A stretch of DNA of 59,351 bases, filler included. It is 5 parts of 5 records of this genome, joined end to end, with 100 filler letters (N's around TTAATTAATTAA, not from the genome) between each part and the next. Parts side by side here need not be neighbours in the genome. Positions count along the whole stretch, not along the records: positions 50,451 to 59,351 come from SRR20825019_3147; 4 more parts are not named here. One strand, given 5' to 3'. Positions 55,913 to 59,351 of the stretch are shown in pieces. The translations under genes and the position numbers were made by a program. Each line of letters begins with the position of its first letter. Position 1 is the stretch's first letter. The notes beneath the pieces are model-generated. The model worked only from the letters and a program-made list of their open reading frames with translations. It did not search any database and was not told where the DNA came from.

Positions 55913-56935
55913 ATGAAACGACTGGCAACTGTCGCCCTGGCCGCTGCTGCCCTTGCGGGCACCGCACTCTCGGCCCTGGCTGAAGATTTCAAGATCGGCC
56001 TTTCAAACGGCTGGGTGGGCAGCGAGTGGCGCACCCAGATGATCGAGGAAGCCGAACAGGCCGCAGCCGCCTGGAAGGAAAAAGGCGTGAATGTCGAAGT
56101 GGTTGCGCAGAGCGCCAATGTCGACGTGCCAGGTCAGATCGCCCATGTGCGCAATTTCATCAGCCAGGGCGTTGACGCGATCATCATCAACCCCAACAGC
56201 CCGACCGCCTTTGACCCTGTGTTCGCGCAGGCCAAGGAAGCCGGCATTCTGGTGATCGCCACCGATGCCGAAGTTTCTTCGCCCGACGCCATCTATGTGG
56301 GTATCGATCAGAAAGGCTGGGCGATGGAAAGCGCCAAATGGCTGGCCGAAACGCTGGAAGGCGAAGGCAAGGTGGTCGCCATCAACGGCGTGGCGGGCCA
56401 CCCGGCAAATGAAATGCGCGTTGCCGGCTACCGCGAGGTGTTCGGCGAGCACGAGGGCATAGAGATCGTCAACGAAGTGAACGCCAACTGGGACCAGGCG
56501 CAGGGCCAGCAGGCGATGCAGAACCTGCTTGCCACCTATCCCGACATTGACGGCGTCTGGGTTCAGGACGGCATGGCCGCCGGCGCGTGGCGCTCCATCA
56601 TGGATGCCGACAAGGCGGGCGACATCGCCGCAACCGGCGAAATCCGCAAGGACTTCATCGACATCTGGACCGAAAACGACTTGAACTCCGGTGCATCGGT
56701 GAACCCGCCCGGCGTGATGGCAAGCGCGCTCAACGTGGCTGTTCTCATGCTGCAGGGACGCGAGTTGAAGGAGCCGGCCACGGCCGGGCAGTACAACAAC
56801 GCCATGTATCTGCCGATTCCCTTCATCAGTTCTGAGAACCTGAAGGAAGTGGCCGCTTCGGTCGAAGGCAAGCCGGGCTACTATTCCTATACAAGCTCGC
56901 TTTCCATCGAGGATGCGGAAGCGCTGTTCAAGTAA
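55913..56935 (+). CDS. Sugar ABC transporter substrate-binding protein (RbsB-like)
   Basis: GGGAGG RBS, signal peptide MKRLATVALAAAALAGTALSALA, IGLSNGWVGSEWRTQM, GVDAIIINP. Confidence 0.92.
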   Translation: MKRLATVALAAAALAGTALSALAEDFKIGLSNGWVGSEWRTQMIEEAEQAAAAWKEKGVNVEVVAQSANVDVPGQIAHVRNFISQGVDAIIINPNSPTAFDPVFAQAKEAGILVIATDAEVSSPDAIYVGIDQKGWAMESAKWLAETLEGEGKVVAINGVAGHPANEMRVAGYREVFGEHEGIEIVNEVNANWDQAQGQQAMQNLLATYPDIDGVWVQDGMAAGAWRSIMDADKAGDIAATGEIRKDFIDIWTENDLNSGASVNPPGVMASALNVAVLMLQGRELKEPATAGQYNNAMYLPIPFISSENLKEVAASVEGKPGYYSYTSSLSIEDAEALFK

Positions 56936-56950
56936 GCCCGTTCCATGATT

Positions 56951-56976
56951 GCCGCGCCGGCATTGACTGGCGCGGC
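56951..56976 (+). terminator. Intercistronic hairpin after the SBP gene
   Basis: GCCGCGCCGG-CATTGA-CTGGCGCGGC with a weak U tail; attenuator or mRNA stabiliser. Confidence 0.55.
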
Positions 56977-56996
56977 GCTCTCTTTGGAAACATGTC

Positions 56997-58499
56997 ATGA
57001 CCAAACTGAAGCTCAGCGGTGTAAGCAAGGCTTACGGCGCCACGCTGGCGCTACGCCGCGGCGACCTCGCACTCGACACGGGTGAAGTGCATGTGCTGAT
57101 CGGTGCCAATGGCTCCGGCAAGAGCACGCTTTGCAAGATTGTCGCTGGCAGCGTGCGGCCCGATGCCGGCGAGGTGCTGCTCGACGGGAACGCGGTGACC
57201 GTGAGCGGCCCCCGTGCTGCGCAGGCGCTGGGCATCGGCATTTTTTATCAGGAACTGAGCCTCGCCGATCATCGCAGCGTGGCCGAGAACATCTGCCTGC
57301 CGGACCTGCCGAGGAAGAACGGGCTCTTCGTCGATCGCGAAGCGCTGCTTGAAAAGGCCGGGCGCTACATTGCGCTGTTCGAGACGGTTGCAGGCGACGA
57401 ACTCAACGCCGAGGCCACTGTTGGCGATTTGCGCGCCGACCAGAGGCAACTGGTCGAGATCATGAAGGCACTGGCGACCGAAGCGCCGATCCTGATTTTC
57501 GACGAGCCCACCTCCGCCCTCGACCGCGCGCAGGTGGACCGCTTTTTCGAGATTTTGCGCGACCTCAAGAACGAGGGGCGAAGCATTGTGTTCATTTCCC
57601 ATCGCATGGATGAGATCTTTGCCATCGGCGACCGGGTGACGGTGATCCGCGATGGCGAAACGGTGGGCACAGAAGCCATCGCAGACACAAGTCCCGAGGC
57701 GGTCATACACATGATGGTGGGCGAGCAGGAAGTGCTGGCCGCGCCGCAGGCGGCACCCCCGCCGCTTCAGGCTTCCAGCGATGTGGCGCTGGTGGTGGAG
57801 AACCTGACGGGCGTGGGATTCCGCGATGTCGGCTTTTCCGTGCGGCGTGGTGAAATTCTCGGGCTTGGCGGCCTGCATGGGCAGGGACAATCGGCACTGC
57901 TCAAGGCGCTGTTCGGCGCGCCGCCGGCACGTGCGGGTCAGGTGATGCTCAATGGGCAGCCGCTTCGCACGGAAAGCCCGCGCGCGGCCATCGCGCACGG
58001 CATCGCCTATGTTTCGGGGGATCGGGGGCGCGACGGCGTCATCAGCGGACGGCCCATTCTTGAAAATGTCATTCCCATACATGCGCTGCGTAACAGGCTT
58101 GTACTGGCAAGACCCAGGTCGCTTTCGGAAAAGGCGCTGCCTGCGCTGAAGGCACTGAACACCAAGTTTGCCGGGCTCTCCCACTCAATTGGCTCACTGT
58201 CGGGCGGAAATCAGCAGAAGATCGTCATCGCCCGCTGGCTGATCGACAAACCAGATATCCTGCTTCTCGACGATCCGACAAAGGGCATCGACCTTTCGGC
58301 CAAGGCGGACCTTTTCGTCCTGATCCGCAGGCTCGCCGAAGAAGGGCTCGCAATCCTGCTTTACTCCTCCGAAGACGCCGAGCTCCTGAACAATGCCGAC
58401 CGGATCCTGGTCTTCAATGGCGGGGCGGTGAGCCGCGAGCTGAGCGGCGCTGAGCGCACCCGCTACAATCTCTACCAGGCAGCCTACGAGGCGGCATGA
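56997..58499 (+). CDS. Sugar ABC transporter ATP-binding protein (RbsA-like, two ABC domains)
   Basis: GANGSGKST, IFDEPTSAL, FISHRMDE, LSGGNQQK, LLDDPTKGID. Confidence 0.95.
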   Translation: MTKLKLSGVSKAYGATLALRRGDLALDTGEVHVLIGANGSGKSTLCKIVAGSVRPDAGEVLLDGNAVTVSGPRAAQALGIGIFYQELSLADHRSVAENICLPDLPRKNGLFVDREALLEKAGRYIALFETVAGDELNAEATVGDLRADQRQLVEIMKALATEAPILIFDEPTSALDRAQVDRFFEILRDLKNEGRSIVFISHRMDEIFAIGDRVTVIRDGETVGTEAIADTSPEAVIHMMVGEQEVLAAPQAAPPPLQASSDVALVVENLTGVGFRDVGFSVRRGEILGLGGLHGQGQSALLKALFGAPPARAGQVMLNGQPLRTESPRAAIAHGIAYVSGDRGRDGVISGRPILENVIPIHALRNRLVLARPRSLSEKALPALKALNTKFAGLSHSIGSLSGGNQQKIVIARWLIDKPDILLLDDPTKGIDLSAKADLFVLIRRLAEEGLAILLYSSEDAELLNNADRILVFNGGAVSRELSGAERTRYNLYQAAYEAA

Positions 58500-59351
58500 C
58501 GATGACCAGTGTTTCCAGCCCCACCAGACAGGACAATGGAAGCTTTCGGGCGCTGCTCGGGCGGTTTCCCTTTCTCCCTGCCCTTCTGATTCTCGTCGTG
58601 CTTCTGGTTCTGAACGGCATTTTTGAACCGAACAGCCTGAGCTTCCGCTCGCTGACAGGGCTCGTGCGCACCTATCTGGCGCTGATGCTTCTGGCCGTGG
58701 CGCAGACCTATGTGGTCTATGCCGCAGACATCGACCTTTCGGTCGGCGCCATCGCCTCGCTGGTCAATGTGACGATCATCGTGCTGATGCAGCATATGGG
58801 TGGAGGCGGGCTTTCGGTTCTGGCCGCACTCGGCGTGGGCGTCCTCGTGGGGCTCGCCTGCGGGCTGGTCAACGGTTTCGTGGTGGCTGCACTCCGGCTC
58901 CAGGCCATCGTCGCAACCTTTGCCACCAGCATCTTCTTCACCGGGCTGGCGCTCGTCATCCTGCCGGTGGCCGGCATGCCCGCGCCCACCGTTTTCTGGC
59001 GCACGTATGGCGGCACATTCTTCGGCATTCCGTTCGTCTTCTATGTGGCTGCGGCGCTCGCCATTCTGCTTTACCTGCTTGCCCGCACCCGGCTTGCCAC
59101 GCAACTTCTGGCGGTGGGCGACGGGCAGCAGGCAGCCTTTCAAAGCGGGCTTCCCGTGACAGCGATCCGCATTGGCGGCTATGCGCTGTGCGGCGTGTTC
59201 GCAGCGCTTGCCGCCTTCTGCATCACAGGCGACACGGCGAGCGGCGATCCACTCGTCGGCGCGAAGATGACGCTCTTCAGTGTTGCGGCCGTGGTGCTGG
59301 GTGGAAGCGCGCTTTCGGGTGGTTTCGGCACGGTTGCGGGCTCCGTCATCG
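58496..59351 (+). CDS. Sugar ABC transporter permease (RbsC-like), truncated by window edge
   Basis: Absent from the ORF track. ATGA overlap with the ATPase stop; DIDLSVGA, GLVNGFVVAALRLQAIVATFA, AAVVLGGSALSGGFG. Confidence 0.92.
   Translation, partial: MTMTSVSSPTRQDNGSFRALLGRFPFLPALLILVVLLVLNGIFEPNSLSFRSLTGLVRTYLALMLLAVAQTYVVYAADIDLSVGAIASLVNVTIIVLMQHMGGGGLSVLAALGVGVLVGLACGLVNGFVVAALRLQAIVATFATSIFFTGLALVILPVAGMPAPTVFWRTYGGTFFGIPFVFYVAAALAILLYLLARTRLATQLLAVGDGQQAAFQSGLPVTAIRIGGYALCGVFAALAAFCITGDTASGDPLVGAKMTLFSVAAVVLGGSALSGGFGTVAGSVI

Overview
This window is not one replicon. It is five contigs joined by four artificial 100-bp spacers (N44-TTAATTAATTAA-N44). (1) 1-8780: an AT-rich Flavobacteriaceae-like bacterium carrying partial monomeric icd, a small T9SS cargo protein, a broken ~920-codon repeat/tail-fibre-like gene, an OstA-like protein, a class-III aminotransferase, a TPR protein and the start of a DUF368 gene. 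(2-4) 8881-30044, 30145-40842 and 40943-50350: a gene-dense microbial eukaryote, probably one organism. It has short (mostly 45-60 nt) GT-AG introns, the standard genetic code and very GC-rich islands upstream of nearly every gene. Its genes include an alliinase/TAA1-TAR-like PLP enzyme with an EGF-like N-terminus, SmD2, a bacterial-type DUF6067 glycoside hydrolase, a Yme2/RNA12-like ATPase, biotinidase/vanin, a sterol desaturase, RSM22/METTL17, MOB1 and a CEP350-like C-terminus. (5) 50451-59351: a Rhizobiales-like alphaproteobacterium with T1SS/TolC, an L,D-transpeptidase, a degenerate GGDEF protein and a sugar ABC operon preceded by two LacI-type operators. All calls come from reading motifs by eye; no database search was run. 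Eukaryotic gene ends and exon boundaries are manual reconstructions. I found no firm evidence of a wholly new multi-gene system; the best leads are the protist alliinase/TAR-like enzyme and the GC-island promoter architecture.
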